Assembly: GCF_018977255.1 (NCBI RefSeq)
Contig: NW_024704743.1
Span: forward strand, 13,394,001-13,458,000
DNA from: Callorhinchus milii
Taxonomy: Eukaryota
Length of the DNA stretch: 64,000 bases
Direction of reading: 5' to 3'
The position numbers were made by a program, and so were the translations under genes. This document shows positions 51,841-64,000 of this stretch, piece by piece (positions within the stretch are counted from its first letter, which is position 1; every line of letters starts with the position of its first letter). Under the pieces are notes generated by a model that worked only from the letters and a program-made list of their open reading frames with translations, did no database searches and was not told the origin of the DNA.

Positions 51841-53390
51841 TTCAATGGGAAGAATGATGTTGGTTAACCAGACAATTGAAGTCAGGCATCGTCTCCGTTG
51901 TTGCAATGCGGAGTACTGCTGCAAGGTGGTCATCAGTCATCACAGATCTATGTTTTGATTTATTGAATTTCATCACAGAAAATGTCTTCTCGCATAATAA
52001 TAATAATCCTTGCATTTGATATAGTGCTTTTTACGTCTTCTAGATGTCTCAAAGTACTTCACAGAATAGACTGTAAAGTGAATTGACTATGTTTTTTGTG
52101 GGCGAAATGCGGCAGCCAATTGTGCACAACATTCTCCAGGCATGAGCCTTTATTTTTGGAAAGATATATTCATTAAGAGAGGCATGAAAACTGGGAAGCA
52201 GCACTGATTTGAATTGCTCCACAAGCAATGGATCACATTGCTGGTCCATAAGCTTGAGTTGGAGGTCAAATGGGGCTTCGTCAACATCAAATGCGAAAGG
52301 TGAAGAGACCAAAGACACGTCATTTTCGATCAAATTGAAATCCTAGAATCGGCGAGAAAATTCGGCATGTAAGTATACTTTTTAAGGCTTTGATTGCAAA
52401 CAGTAATCTGTTGCAAAGTTGGAAAGCAGATGAACAGCCTGTTTCTTATCTAACGCGATAAAATAAATAATTTTGTCATAAATGACTTGACACTGCAATA
52501 CAAATCGTGCACAAAAGCCCCCTTCCGTTGCAGTTTTGAATTCAATTCATTCACGTGGCCCATGATATCAACGGCAAATGTGAAATCAGAGAGCCAGTTC
52601 GCAACATTCAGCTGTGGGAAATCCGAATCTTTTTATTTCATGCCCAAAAATCAATCAATCTCTGTTCTCAGTTCCCCCACTCTTTACAAGACCTTTCCTA
52701 AACGAAGCCATCTTACATTCTGTGATACAGAACATCCGTGTGCTCGGATTCCAGTTCCTCAAGCAGAGTTACAAATTGCCTGCGGTTTAATCCTCTTGCT
52801 CGAAAGTAGTTGACCACTTTCGTAACTGTGTCCACGACATTGCTTGGTTTTAGACCACTCTTACACCTCTTGGTGGATAATGCAGTGTAGAAAAACAATA
52901 TTCTGTTCTGGATTTGTTTCTTTGACTTGATCTTGAATTCTTTTCAGTAACCCAACATTTTTGCCTGTCAGATTTGGGCTTCCATCAGTGGTCACATTCA
53001 CCAATTTTTTTCCACTCCACTCCTAATTTTAAGATACACTTATTTACTGCCTCCAAAAAGTCTTCTCCAGTTGTCGTATCTTTCATTGACTGCATTGATG
53101 CCAATTCTTCTGTAAGCTCAAAATGTTTGGTGATACCTCGAATAAAAATTATCAACTGGGCTGTGTCTTTGACATCACAACTCTCATCGAGTGCCAGTGA
53201 AAACTGCTTACTTTGTTTTGTACCTGCACATTGTTTTTATTTTCTTTATTTTATTTTTTAATTTATATTTATTTTGTTTATTTTATTTGTTTTATTTTCC
53301 ACCCACAATGATAAAAAAAAATTTAGAAGTCCATTCTTTTTTGAATATTCGGCCTTCAGCATCCACTTTCCGCCTCTTTGATAAACTCAT
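51841..53390 (-). pseudogene. Disrupted hAT transposase
   Basis: Manual translation gives MSLSKRRKVDAEGRIFKKEW, FSLALDESCDVKDTAQLIIFIRG, VTTDGSPNLTGKNVGL, YFRARGLNRRQF, and CEKTFSVMKFNKSKHRSVMTDDHLAAVLRIATT...HHSSH*. Disrupted by frameshifts, an N-terminal deletion and a SINE insertion. Confidence 0.88.
51994..52128 (-). mobile_element. SINE 3' fragment nested in the hAT transposase
   Basis: From (AAT)nCCTTGCATTTGATATAG to GCAGCCAATTGTGCAC. Confidence 0.85.
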
Positions 53391-55144
53391 TTTGAATTAA
53401 CGTCCTCTTCAGTGTAAAGTATTGCTGTGGTTGCCGTGGGCGTGTTTGAAAATTTGCTGATCCGTACATTTCTGACATCAGCCTAATTCAGCACAACTAA
53501 GCACAACTAAGCAGTGCGATTGGCTGATGTTCCTGGTTTGATTCAAATACAAAATTTGTGTGACTTTCTAGGACTGAACAAACTATAATTTTTTCTATTG
53601 CTAAACACAATGACGGGCCAGATAGAATCATTTGGCGGGCCGAATATGGTCCCCGGCCGTCTTTTGCCCACCCCTGGCCTAGACCATGAGCTCAAAGTCC
53701 TTGAATTGGGACTTGAACACAAAACCTTCTGCCTCAGAGAAAGCAACCTGACAAGAATAGTGTACCTGTTTGTGTCATAAAAGTGGTGAGATTCACAATC
53801 CTTTTCATTTTGTTTTTGGTAATATTCTCTTGGTATTAAAAGATGGAAATCAATATTTAGGAAAAAATACTGAGGGAAACTATATATTCTTCGGAACAGT
53901 TGACCGGTATCAGTAGTTAAACTTTTTGTGTTTAAAATATTCCAGTCTGTTGTTATTGGGTGGCTCCCTATTCTTACTAGGTGACCTTTTATACTATGGA
54001 TCACAGATCCATTACATGGTTTACAGTGTGGTTCAGCAGAAATAGCTTCATGCTGTAATGGGAAGACAGCAGAGTGGGTAGTCTGGAAGAATGAGATTAC
54101 ATAGACCAGCTTGGTCACTTCCAATCCTTTTTTGTAGAGATCTGAGGTCTCAGGCTCAATCGTTAACCTATGCTACATTAGATCTTTTAATTATTCTCTG
54201 TGAAGGGGGGAGGTAAGCGTGTTCTCCTTGGAGCTCAACTGTCTCCAAAATTACATATTTCGCAATGGAATTTCACAATAAAACAACTTGCATTTATATA
54301 GCGCCCTTCACACAGGGTAGGGTCCCGGAGCACTTAAAGCAAGCCAACCCTCCGTTGCAGTCGCAGTAGTCCAGTTCCCGAGCCAGGCAGGTCCACAAAG
54401 AGAATACACATTCTATGTCAGACACGTGGGAATCTCCATGTGTAGGTGGCATACGTCTGTGAAACTCTCAGTCTGGTTTCAATACTCGTGATGGGTTGGG
54501 AATTTCAGACACCCAGTTTCATCAAATCAAACACCGCCATATAAAACGATGGTTGCTTGATTCTTTAAAATGATACATGAATCACTACAGTACTATCAGA
54601 ACGAGTCATCTGTAATGTCATCCTTTGAAAATCAGGCCCATTGTCTGGAATGCTACTGAAATCCCTTAAGGAGAGGCATTTTGAAACCTTCTGTTCAGAA
54701 AAACATACCCTGCAAGGCATTGGCCGTTGTTGTACAAGCAATGTGAGCTCCCATTGAATTACTGTAAAGACAGCTGATTAACCTATTCCAGTCATCTCCA
54801 CAGACAGGAAACACCCTCAAAACAACTAACATGAGTGCTGTAGAACTTATCAGCAGCGTTAGCACTGCTACTGATAATAATCTTTGCATTTGAAATAGTG
54901 ACTTATCACATAGTTGAAACATTTCAAAGAGCTTCACAGAATTTACTGTAATGCGCAGTGACTATATTTGCCAAGTACATGGGACAGATGTATAAAGCAA
55001 TTTTTACTCAACGACATTGCACGCTTTGCTTTTAAAAATGCAAATGTTTAGTCTTTTGTTTTAGTCCAATGATTGCAAAGAGTTTTCTCTCAAACAGGCT
55101 TATTTTAGTTTCTATGGAGCACAGCTTGTATAATGTCTTTGAGA

Positions 55145-55148
<4 letters not shown>

Positions 55149-55175
<27 letters not shown>

Positions 55176-55530
55176 TATGGCGTATTTTACATCAGGGGGA
55201 CTTCCCAACATACTTCACAGGATTTGCTGTGTATTTCTAGGTGAACTCAGCAGCCCAATTGCGCATAGCAATGTTCCACTAAAAGCCATGGAGTGAGTGA
55301 TCAATTTTATTTGGGGACTTGTTGGCCAGGACACCGGGAGAAACTCCCTTCTCTTTTCAAGTACTATTATTGGATTTTTAATTTCCACCTGAAGAGTAGA
55401 CCTGACCCAACTGTACAGCGCCTTGGGACGTCCTCCCGACGTGAAAGGCGCTCTATAAATGGAATCTTGTTGTTAGACAGGACCTTGATTTACCATTTCA
55501 TCCGAAGAACAGCACCTCTGACAATGGTAA
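55149..55530 (-). mobile_element. Older Deu SINE with a 72 bp L2-tail insertion (55402-55473, +)
   Basis: Host shows TTGGCCAGGACACCGGGAGAAACTCCC...TCCACCTGAAGAG...TCATCCGAAGAACAGCACCTC. The insert is flanked by TAGAC repeats. Confidence 0.7.
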
Positions 55531-56349
55531 CATTAAGATATTCTTAAATACATTCTATTCCTTAATGAAAGAATATTGCTAAAATGTGTTTTGAACTACC
55601 TCCCCCTCCAACTTCTGATTGATCATAGTGCTCAAAGGCAGCCAGAAAACCCTCAAAGTCACCAACTTGGATGTTTAATAAGTAGGTCTGCTGTTTGTAT
55701 ATTATACACAATATAATAATAATCTTTGCATTTGATATAGCGCCTTATCACCTTGTTGAGATATCTCAAAGTGTTTTACCGTACAAACTGTAACATTATG
55801 TGGCTGTGTGGTATTTTGTGTTCAAATGTGGCAGACAGGTTACATACAGCAGTGTCCCACAAACAGACATGCATTTTTTGTAGTGGGTGCAGACCTTTAA
55901 GTGGTGCTGTACAGGATATTGATTTAGGTAAATTATTGTCCCGTAACTGGGCATTGAAAGGCTGCAATCTGAGATCCAATCAATCATTCAATAACAGAGG
56001 TGAAAATATCTTCAAAATCACTCGATCAAATATAAGGATTATTATTTATTGCCTCTGATTGAAGTATAGGTGAAAAGGATTTGGATGCAGGAGTGCTGAA
56101 AATCAATTATTATTTAACATATCTTCGAAGATAAATCAATTATATTGGATATTTTGAAAAGGTGGAAGTACCATTTTACTTCATTGTAAATGGGGTCTAA
56201 TTTGCACTGTTTCTTAACAGGATTCTGATAAGAAACACAAAAATAAAATTTCCTATTAGGTTTCCTGATAACACATGTGAACTTCATTCCAGACATAAAT
56301 CCTTATATTTGATATAGTGATATTAAACTGTCAAATTGTAATATTGTAG

Positions 56350-56582
56350 GGTGAAACCTTAGGTGAGTTTCCTTACTCCACGTACCTCTGCTTACCTAGC
56401 AGTCAGTAGGAACCCGATTGTTAGTCGATTGGCAGATCACTTTCCAGGGGTAATAATCCCTTCAAAAATAAATAAATAATAATTTGGTCACTCAATCCAC
56501 GATTGTTTGTGGAACACTGCTGTGCACGATTGGCTGAGATGTCTCAAAAATGTGATAAGGCCCTATATTAAATGTAAGTTAT
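56350..56582 (+). mobile_element. Partial long-variant SINE
   Basis: GTGAAACCTTAGGTGAGTTTCCTTACTCC...CTGCTTACCTAGCAGTCAGTAGGAACC...GGTCACTCAATCCAC, with an internal deletion before the tail. Confidence 0.75.
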
Positions 56583-58477
56583 TAAAATGAGTTATCTTTC
56601 ATTTTCCCCTCAGCTCCCAACCGAGCGTGTCAAGCTCTTTGGGACTTTCTCAGAACATGAAAAGCACTATATAAGGATAGTTTGTATTGTAAATAATGTC
56701 AGAGTGGAGTTCCCCTAACACAACATACTTTGATTGTCATAAGGAGCATACCCATGCAACTCTGATTCCTTATTAAGGTATTTCATTGAGAAATACTGCA
56801 AAGTAGAGCCCAATGTAAAATAAGAGTATAAACCGTATTTGATCTGAAATATATGAACCTGATTCTTTGGATGCAATCTCCATGGAGTCAGCTTTATAGT
56901 GATGTTGTTCACCAGCCATCATTCACTTGAGGCTGATCCTCAACTCCACTAACCCGATTTCAAGGAGCTGTGTTGGGTTTCTAAGCTGGGATCTCTGAGC
57001 CATCAGCCCGCGTGGCTGTCGCAGTTTGGAATCCCACCTCGCAATGTAAATGGGGAATTCCAGGCACCAGCTGCATCAAGCTACTTGAGCAGCAGCTCTC
57101 TTTGAACCTATCTCAAGTAGTCCATAAATGCAATTCAGCATTAATCCCCCATTAATCTCCAGTCCGAAGGGAATGCAATAGAGGAGAACCTCATTATGGT
57201 TACATAGGATATAAATTGGTACAGATAGGGTAAACCCAGAACATGACTTCAAATTAAAACCAGAACAGAAAGACAAAGGGGTGTGGATTTTACGTAGTAA
57301 AGAGCACATTTCAAACATATCAAGATTATTTTTAATAAGAATGTTTTTGTGAAGTGCTCCCAGACTTTATCCTGCACGCAGGGTGCTGTATAAATGAAAG
57401 TTGTTGTTTTACATGGAACTAATGATTGATTGGAACAATCTGCCAAGGTTAGGTGCAAAGAAACATCAGGGACATACAAATATAGAAGCTTAAGTTAGCA
57501 GTAGAATAAAATCGGTGGAGCTTTCTAATATTCTTATTATTAACCCTGAGTGACTCAGGAACAGCGTATCACTAATGGTATTTTACTGCAGTACATCTTA
57601 TGAACATGGTAAACATATGAGTCACCAGAATCACATGCTGGTTGCTTGTGTGCCCAAAACTTCAACACTGCACAATCAACATTTCCTTATCTTATTCACA
57701 ATGTCGGTGTTCGCTGAAATGTGTCACTGAATGTGTTGACAAGGTAGATCAATAAGTGATAATGAATTGGACTTTACCTTTGTTTCAGACGAGATATCTT
57801 TCCTTTACCAGCCATATTTTCGAGTTGATCCAGAAATTTGGCTTTCTTCTGGGACCTTACAGCGCAGTGCACACAAAGGAAGATGATATGATAGCAGCCC
57901 ATATTCTCTCCTGCACTTGGCTCTGTATGCCCATCACAGCCAACCTCATTCATACCCTTACCTCTGCAACAACAAAGTGCCTTTTTATATGCCCGTAAAA
58001 CACAGTCACTCCACTTTACATTATATCCTGTGAAGTGTTTGAGACATTCTCCCAACAAGAAAGGGAACAAATGCAAGGATTATTTTTATTAGGATTATTA
58101 TATAGTGCCCTTCACATCTCAGAGTGCTTTACAGTGATAGGATTGGACACCAAGCAGGGGAGCGGAGAAGGGAGAGGGCACCATATACGCAGTCAGAGGT
58201 AGACTTTGAGGCTGGACTTGAAGACAGATAGAAAGCTAGCACGACATAGGGCTAGAGGGGGTTCCAGAGATTGTGGGCACAAAATCTGAAAGCTCGGCCA
58301 CCAATGGTGAATAGGCCAGAGTTAGCTGAACTGAGGGAACAAGCAGAGAAATGGGGTAGAGATCAGAAAGGAAGGAAGGTGCTACGGGACGAAACGATCA
58401 CGTGAAAATAGGATCAGACTCAACTGTGATGCAGTCAATTCCCTGAATCTCACTGTGTAGATCACACCATGAAAAGT

Positions 58478-58686
58478 ATAATAATACTCCTCACATTTGA
58501 TATAGCAGTTTCACGTCTTCTAGATGTCTCAAAGCGCTTCACAGAATATGCTGTAAAGTGAATTGACTGTATATTTGTGGGCGAAATGTAGCAGCCAATT
58601 GCGCACAGCAGTGTCCCACAAACAGTCGTGGATTGAAAATGACCAATTTATTATTTTTTATGTTTTTGGAGGGATTATTGTTAGGC
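58478..58686 (-). mobile_element. Short-variant SINE, 3' two-thirds
   Basis: Matches the reverse complement of 500-712. Confidence 0.8.
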
Positions 58687-59164
58687 GAAATGAAGACTTC
58701 CTGGCAAAAAAAAACTTAAAATATATGAAAAAATTGGAATAGGGTTGTAATTTTGTGAAAAATGTTTTTAATGAGTTATTTTTATGCAGTTGAAATTTTA
58801 AGCATGGATTGCTTCCGCACACAGAAAGCTCTGTAACACCTGAGATCCCTGGACAATCATTCTGGTCTTGACAGCAACAATGCTGTTCAGAGCAGGGATC
58901 GCCATCTAGTGCGCGATTATTGTTCAGCAATCTTTCACTGCTCTGGATTCCCAGGAACCCTCCCATCTTACTCCGATACAGTTGTTGTTCCTTTGACTAC
59001 TTACTTACAACTGAAGCCGGTGGGATGTGACAAGGGGAGCACTAGGTGCACATGGCGAGTGAAAAATGGCTCTCTAGAGGAAGACATGAGGAACATGGAT
59101 CAGAGACACACAGCTGCAGATGAATAACCCCATTGCTACCTTTCTTTCGCAAAGGTGAATGAAG

Positions 59165-59500
59165 ATTCATTAGAGAGAAACTATTTCCTCTGGTGGGGAA
59201 TCCAGAACAAGGGGGCATAATCTTAAAATTAGAGTTAGGCTATTTAGGAGTGAAATTAGGAGGCAGTTTTTCACCCAGAGGGGTAGCTGAAATCTGGAAC
59301 TCTCTTCCCCCAAAAGGCTGTGGATGCTGGATCCAATTAAATTTTCAAGACTGAGGTGGATAGATTTTTGTTAGGAATGGGTATCAAGGGATATGGGGCA
59401 AAGGTGAGTATTTGGAGTTGAGGTACAGATCGACTATGACCTAATAGAATGGCAGAACACATTCCAGGGGCTGTATGACCTACTCCTGTTCCTATTTTCC
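59165..59500 (+). mobile_element. CR1 LINE 3' end (chondrichthyan type)
   Basis: AGAACAAGGGGGCATAATCTTAAAATT (RTRGHNLKI), TTTTTCACCCAGAGG, TGGAACTCTCTTCCC, TTCAAGACTGAGGTGGATAGATTTTTG (FKTEVDRFL), ending CCTACTCCTGTTCCTA. Confidence 0.8.
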
Positions 59501-62500
59501 TAAGATTTGATTCAACTTTTAAAAAGAGCAAGGCAACCAAATAAATATACAGTACAAAACATTAGTCAGCCCATCGTGCCTGTAAGTAGCTCTCTAAGAG
59601 CTACTCCACTTTACACCTTCTTCCCTCCACTTTACAGTATACCCTGTGAAACACTTTGAGATTTCCTTCCAACGTGAAAGAGCTGCATCAAATGTGAGTA
59701 TTCTTATTAGAGGTATGACATTGACCTAATAACCCTCTGTGCAAAACATCCTTAACCTCACCCTTTCCTCTTGTAATTATTGTCATTCTACACCCTCTAG
59801 TTACTATCGTGTATCCAACCTGTGGGCAGGATTGCGACAAGGCTCACAAATTTCATGCTGAGCTATGTTGCTCACTGGAAATTTCTGGTACCAGCTGTGT
59901 CCACCTAGTAAGGGCTCAAGCCTGTGCTTGTCAGATGTCAAATCATAGAAATTTACAGCATTGAACATTCAGCTCATCAAGCCTGCACTGGCACTGGCAA
60001 GGTGTTCAGTTAATCCTACTGCCCTGCCATATCCCCATACCCCTTCAAGCCTCTAACCTTCTCAGAAAGGCTTACATTGTAGAGCAAGTTGAGAATTGTT
60101 TTTACTACCAAGGATCCTAAAAGTACCTTACTTCATCACAGTCTTAAGGTTGTCCTTAGGGTGGGATGCGAAGGTGGGGAAAGAGGAAAAAAAGTTCCAT
60201 ACAACACGGGTCTCACTTTTAGTTTTATTCTCTTGCTCGAGTCACAGCAGTCGATTGAACAATGAAACGTACAAAATGTACTGATACACAACTGCATTCT
60301 GTCAAATGAATGCAGTACTAATCTCTTAATACTGTAGGTGAAAATGACTACACAATCTAATCATGTGAAAAGAGTTTTGCAATGTGAAAAGAGTTTTGCA
60401 GTCCAACTCGCATTTAATAATTTAAATTTTGCAGGTATCCAAACAGGTTCAAAGTTAACAGATAAAAATATTAAACCCTGATATCAATTGTACATTGTAA
60501 CCATTACAGTTTCTTAACCTGAAACATAGAGAGTAGCGGCTCATAGCCATGCATTTATACCAAACACATTTGAACATGAAGTTACTATTGTGAAGGAGCA
60601 CACAGCTACCTTTACATAGAGCTTCTAGGAGGCTACAACTTCAGGCCAGGCGACAATCTGGAGCAGCTTATCGGAATTCAAATGATTTGTGAGATGCTTT
60701 TGAAACTAATAGAAAGCACCTATAACATACTTCCAACAAATACAAGTGCTCAATCCTTTTACAATTAGTAAAATACGCTCCATTTCAGTTCAACTACAAA
60801 ATGTCTCCTATAAATACACAACTATTGCAGTTATCTGAATCAAATTGTAAATGTACAGTTTTAAAGCACATATTTTTATAGTCCTTACAGGTATGGTTTA
60901 CATATTCTGTGATAAAAGGCAACATAAATAATCTTCAACAGAACAGAAATCAAACACCACACTATGTGTTTATGCAATGGTGCTTTATGTACTGTCCATT
61001 CAGGAAGATAAAATAAATGTTTTTTTTCTGCCATGATCCTTTGGTGAGGCTACTTATGTATTGAAAGACAGTAGGTTAGATAAGATACAAACTGAACAAA
61101 GTTAGCCTGGCCCAAAGGTCATTTGTGATCTTGAGCTGAGCTCCACAACAAATAGCTACAAATTGTAACAAGATAAGCCCCGCATTAATAACCTGACAGC
61201 TTTTGCTGTTTAAATCAGTGGTTGTTTTTCTTTCTCCTCTCCTTCAATTTAAACTGAACTCGAAACAAACATCACCTCCAATACACATAAGTTCGCCCTT
61301 CCAACAGCAATGACTGGAAGATGCCCAGAAGTGAAACAAATGTCTACAAGTCAATTCTGACACTAAGTGGCCACATAATTATTTGGGGATGGTTGCTCAT
61401 CAGGTGAAGGATGTCAGTGCTACGGAACACTTCATTTATGGGCACCAAGCATTTTTAAGGCAGGCATGGTCCAGTTAGATGGTGCAAAGCTCCCTCCACT
61501 CTTGCCACACATTTATTTATCTCTGACTTAGGAAGTGCACTACTATTTTCTACATTATTTTTAAGACTGCCAAATAACTGGGTTCAGATTGCCCATCTTT
61601 TGTTTACTTTGGGCCCTTATAGCTATTTTTGAAGATACTTTATCCCTAGATTTGAATCTGTTTGTAAAAGTGAAAGCATGTTTACCCACTATCTCACCCC
61701 ATCCTCAAACTGGGTTACAGTAAATAAAGGAAAAGAAATATTAACCAGAGGTTTCCTGTCGCAATTCAACCACAATTGGAATCCTACATGATTGCTGTGA
61801 AACTTCCCTATCCATTATATGAAGGAAGATCATCATTGAGCTCAGAAACTGACAAGGGACTGACGCAGACCATGGAGAAGATAAGGAACGAGTAAACTTG
61901 GATTTTCAAAACAAATGTCAGTCAGCAATCACTAGAAACCAGTAATTCTTCTCCAGCTAATAAGGTTGCTAGATCTCCAGATATGTGTTGCTTTAAATAG
62001 CTATTCTTACATAGCTAAGAATCTGTTGGTTATTCCATTAACATGTTAAAATAAGGAAGCAGCTGGAGTAGGAAATTAAATAAAATAACCACAATGTAAA
62101 CATGTTCAATGTGTTTCTGCATAATTAGTGTAGAACGTTTTTAAAATAGAATAAAACCGTGAGCATCTACAGGAAAATTCCAACAATAATCCTATTAAAT
62201 AGTGCTAACCGCAAAGTAAAATTGACCTGAATATTTAGTTTCTTTCAGTATTGAGAAATCAAACCTATACTCAAGCAGTCAGATTAGCACAATTTGATCC
62301 AGGAACTCCTGGACCCAGGAAATCTAGAACGGAATTACATATTCCAATTAATATGTAAACTAATTTCTCATCATTGGGAGACCATTAAATAATGTAACAT
62401 TGGTAAATTAATTGAGCCACATGCTTGTTTATGCCATCCAATGCTTTAAGCTCATCTACTTGTGGAGAATATTTTTTAAATTATATAATTAAGATAGAAG

Positions 62501-62585
62501 CATAGCAAGTCAATCGTAGCTGTAGTGGTGCAAAGAAGCCAGTCAATGGCTCCAAATGAATGAAATAATGCCCTCATTTGGTTGT

Positions 62586-62776
62586 CTACGTGGCTCCTTC
62601 AATTGGTGCTCTGCGCCCACGTGCTGACTTGGGTCTGTGGCGTAGAGGTGTGGATGGTAACTCTGCTTCGCTTTCAGTCTCTGTTGTTTCATCTCCCTGC
62701 AGTGAACCCGTGTCTCCTATAAGTTCACGGAGGAATTTGAACTTGGATAGGAACAGCTGCCATACCACATACCATC
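62586..62776 (-). CDS. SMIM13: SMIM13 (small integral membrane protein 13) last coding exon
   Basis: Minus strand ttatattccag|GA TGG TAT to TAG, phase-1 intron. Encodes (G)WYVVWQLFLSKFKFLRELIGDTGS...KSARGRRAP, matching human GWYFVWHLFLSKFKFLRELVGDTGS...RSARQRRAP. Exon 1 was not seen in the window. Confidence 0.92.
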
Positions 62777-64000
62777 CTGGAATATAACAGATCAGGATCA
62801 TTCAGACAGTTATACTGTACACTTATCTATAAAACTATAATATATAGTCTTTCATGTAAAAGAAATGACTTTAAGAACTTCAAAAAGATAATTAAATAGA
62901 AATGAATTATGTTATGGAGTGAACAGAATACACTTCCGTTTCCAGTACTGAATAGCCGGCTTCCTGCACACAACACAAAAGGTCTCCCGGTTTCTCGCAG
63001 TGCCCCTCTGCAGCTTATCAAGAGAGCAGTTGCTGGCCTCCAGAAGTGTCTTGTAACCTGCAACCATTTATACAGCACTAGCTGTTCCCATTGCAGCTAC
63101 GCTTGTAACCAAAGGACCCAATATGGAATGCAGATTAACACACAGACAGACATTTCATCTATACTCATCCAAGTCCTTTCAGGACTCCTGTGGGAGCACT
63201 CATTTTGGCTGTGCTGTTCTTTGAGTGGGCAAATCACTTTGGCAGCCGCGCTGTTCTTTGCTCTTTAGTTTCCTTCTCTTTTTTGTCTAGCATTGTTACC
63301 TATCCTTGAAAGGTTTGATTTTCACTTAGGCATCTTTATAATGATAAATATAAATGTGTAATTTAGAATCACTGGGACATCCTCCCTTGTGCTTTACAAA
63401 TGTAATTTTGTTGTTGTTGCCTTGTCTTAGCTTCACCTGTGTTCTTTATTTTGTTCATCATCAATCGGTTATTGAGATCCTTCTTGAAGCGCAGACAGAC
63501 ATTGTTGTTTTATTAGTACACAGAAAAGTATAATGCAGGGTCCATCTACTTATTAAACACTTACAACACAAGTCTCATTACAAAATTAAGGCCAAAGACG
63601 GTTGAAAGAATACTAAAATGATAGCTATTATAATACAGTAGAATCCCATTATAAACATGCTTTGTTATAACAGGGGTTTGCTTAGGTGTCATGTGGACCC
63701 ATGGCTTCCTAAGCTATAAAATAGCCAAGTTAGGGGCATTCAGATCACCACGATTCCTTCCTGCATGCTATGCATGTGCAGGAAGTAGGAATGCACAACC
63801 AGACATGCTGTCATAGTTAGTAAAGTTGCACATCAATGCACAACCTAAACTATTAGATTAGGTTAAGTTGTACAAGACCAGTTGTTTTTTGCGCAGATGT
63901 ACATATTACAGGAAGTGACATTGGTGACAACTGATGAACTGGAAGTCGAGCAGAAAGTCCTGTGATTCAGTCATGATTCAGAAACACTAACCAATGATTG

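Larger units (their letters stand above)
51589..53676 (-). mobile_element. hAT DNA transposon, Charlie/Buster (SPIN/GTF2IRD2-like) group, internally deleted
   Basis: Perfect 13 bp TIR CAGGGGTGGGCAA / TTGCCCACCCCTG. 8 bp TSD ACCTAGAC (51581-51588) / GCCTAGAC (53677-53684) with central TA. Contains a transposase remnant. Confidence 0.92.

Noticed and set aside
51841..53390. Domesticated transposase gene (GTF2IRD2/ZBED-like)
   Set aside because: TIRs and TSD are retained, and the ORF has frameshifts, a deletion and a SINE insertion.
60363..60400. 19 bp direct duplication ATGTGAAAAGAGTTTTGCA x2
   Set aside because: A simple slippage duplication with no enclosed element.
1..64000. Novel multi-gene or defence-type system
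   Set aside because: All coding signal is explained by NEDD9, SMIM13 and decayed transposons.

Overview
Vertebrate genomic DNA, not prokaryotic. The repeat content (L2 LINEs, tRNA/Deu-type SINEs, shark-type CR1 tails) suggests a cartilaginous fish, possibly a chimaera such as Callorhinchus; that assignment is an inference. The + strand carries coding exons 2-7 of NEDD9 (HEF1/Cas-L): 27835-28305, 39238-39336, 42810-42926, 43385-44635, 46366-46455 and 47404-47913. All introns are GT-AG and phase 0, giving 845 aa; I could not find the short first coding exon. The - strand carries the last coding exon of SMIM13 (62586-62776), convergent with NEDD9 as in human. The rest is intronic or intergenic and is dominated by transposon remnants. 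These include many copies of a young tRNA-Ala-headed Deu SINE in two length variants, older Deu and AmnSINE2-like SINEs, truncated L2 and CR1 LINEs, and an internally deleted Charlie/Buster-type hAT with intact TIRs and TSD. There are also small MITEs and a TIR-bounded 2.8 kb element wrapped around a 1.8 kb minisatellite. I see no evidence for a new multi-gene system. The best leads are unclassified or mosaic mobile elements and nested insertions. Repeat family names come from my recall of consensus sequences, not from a search.
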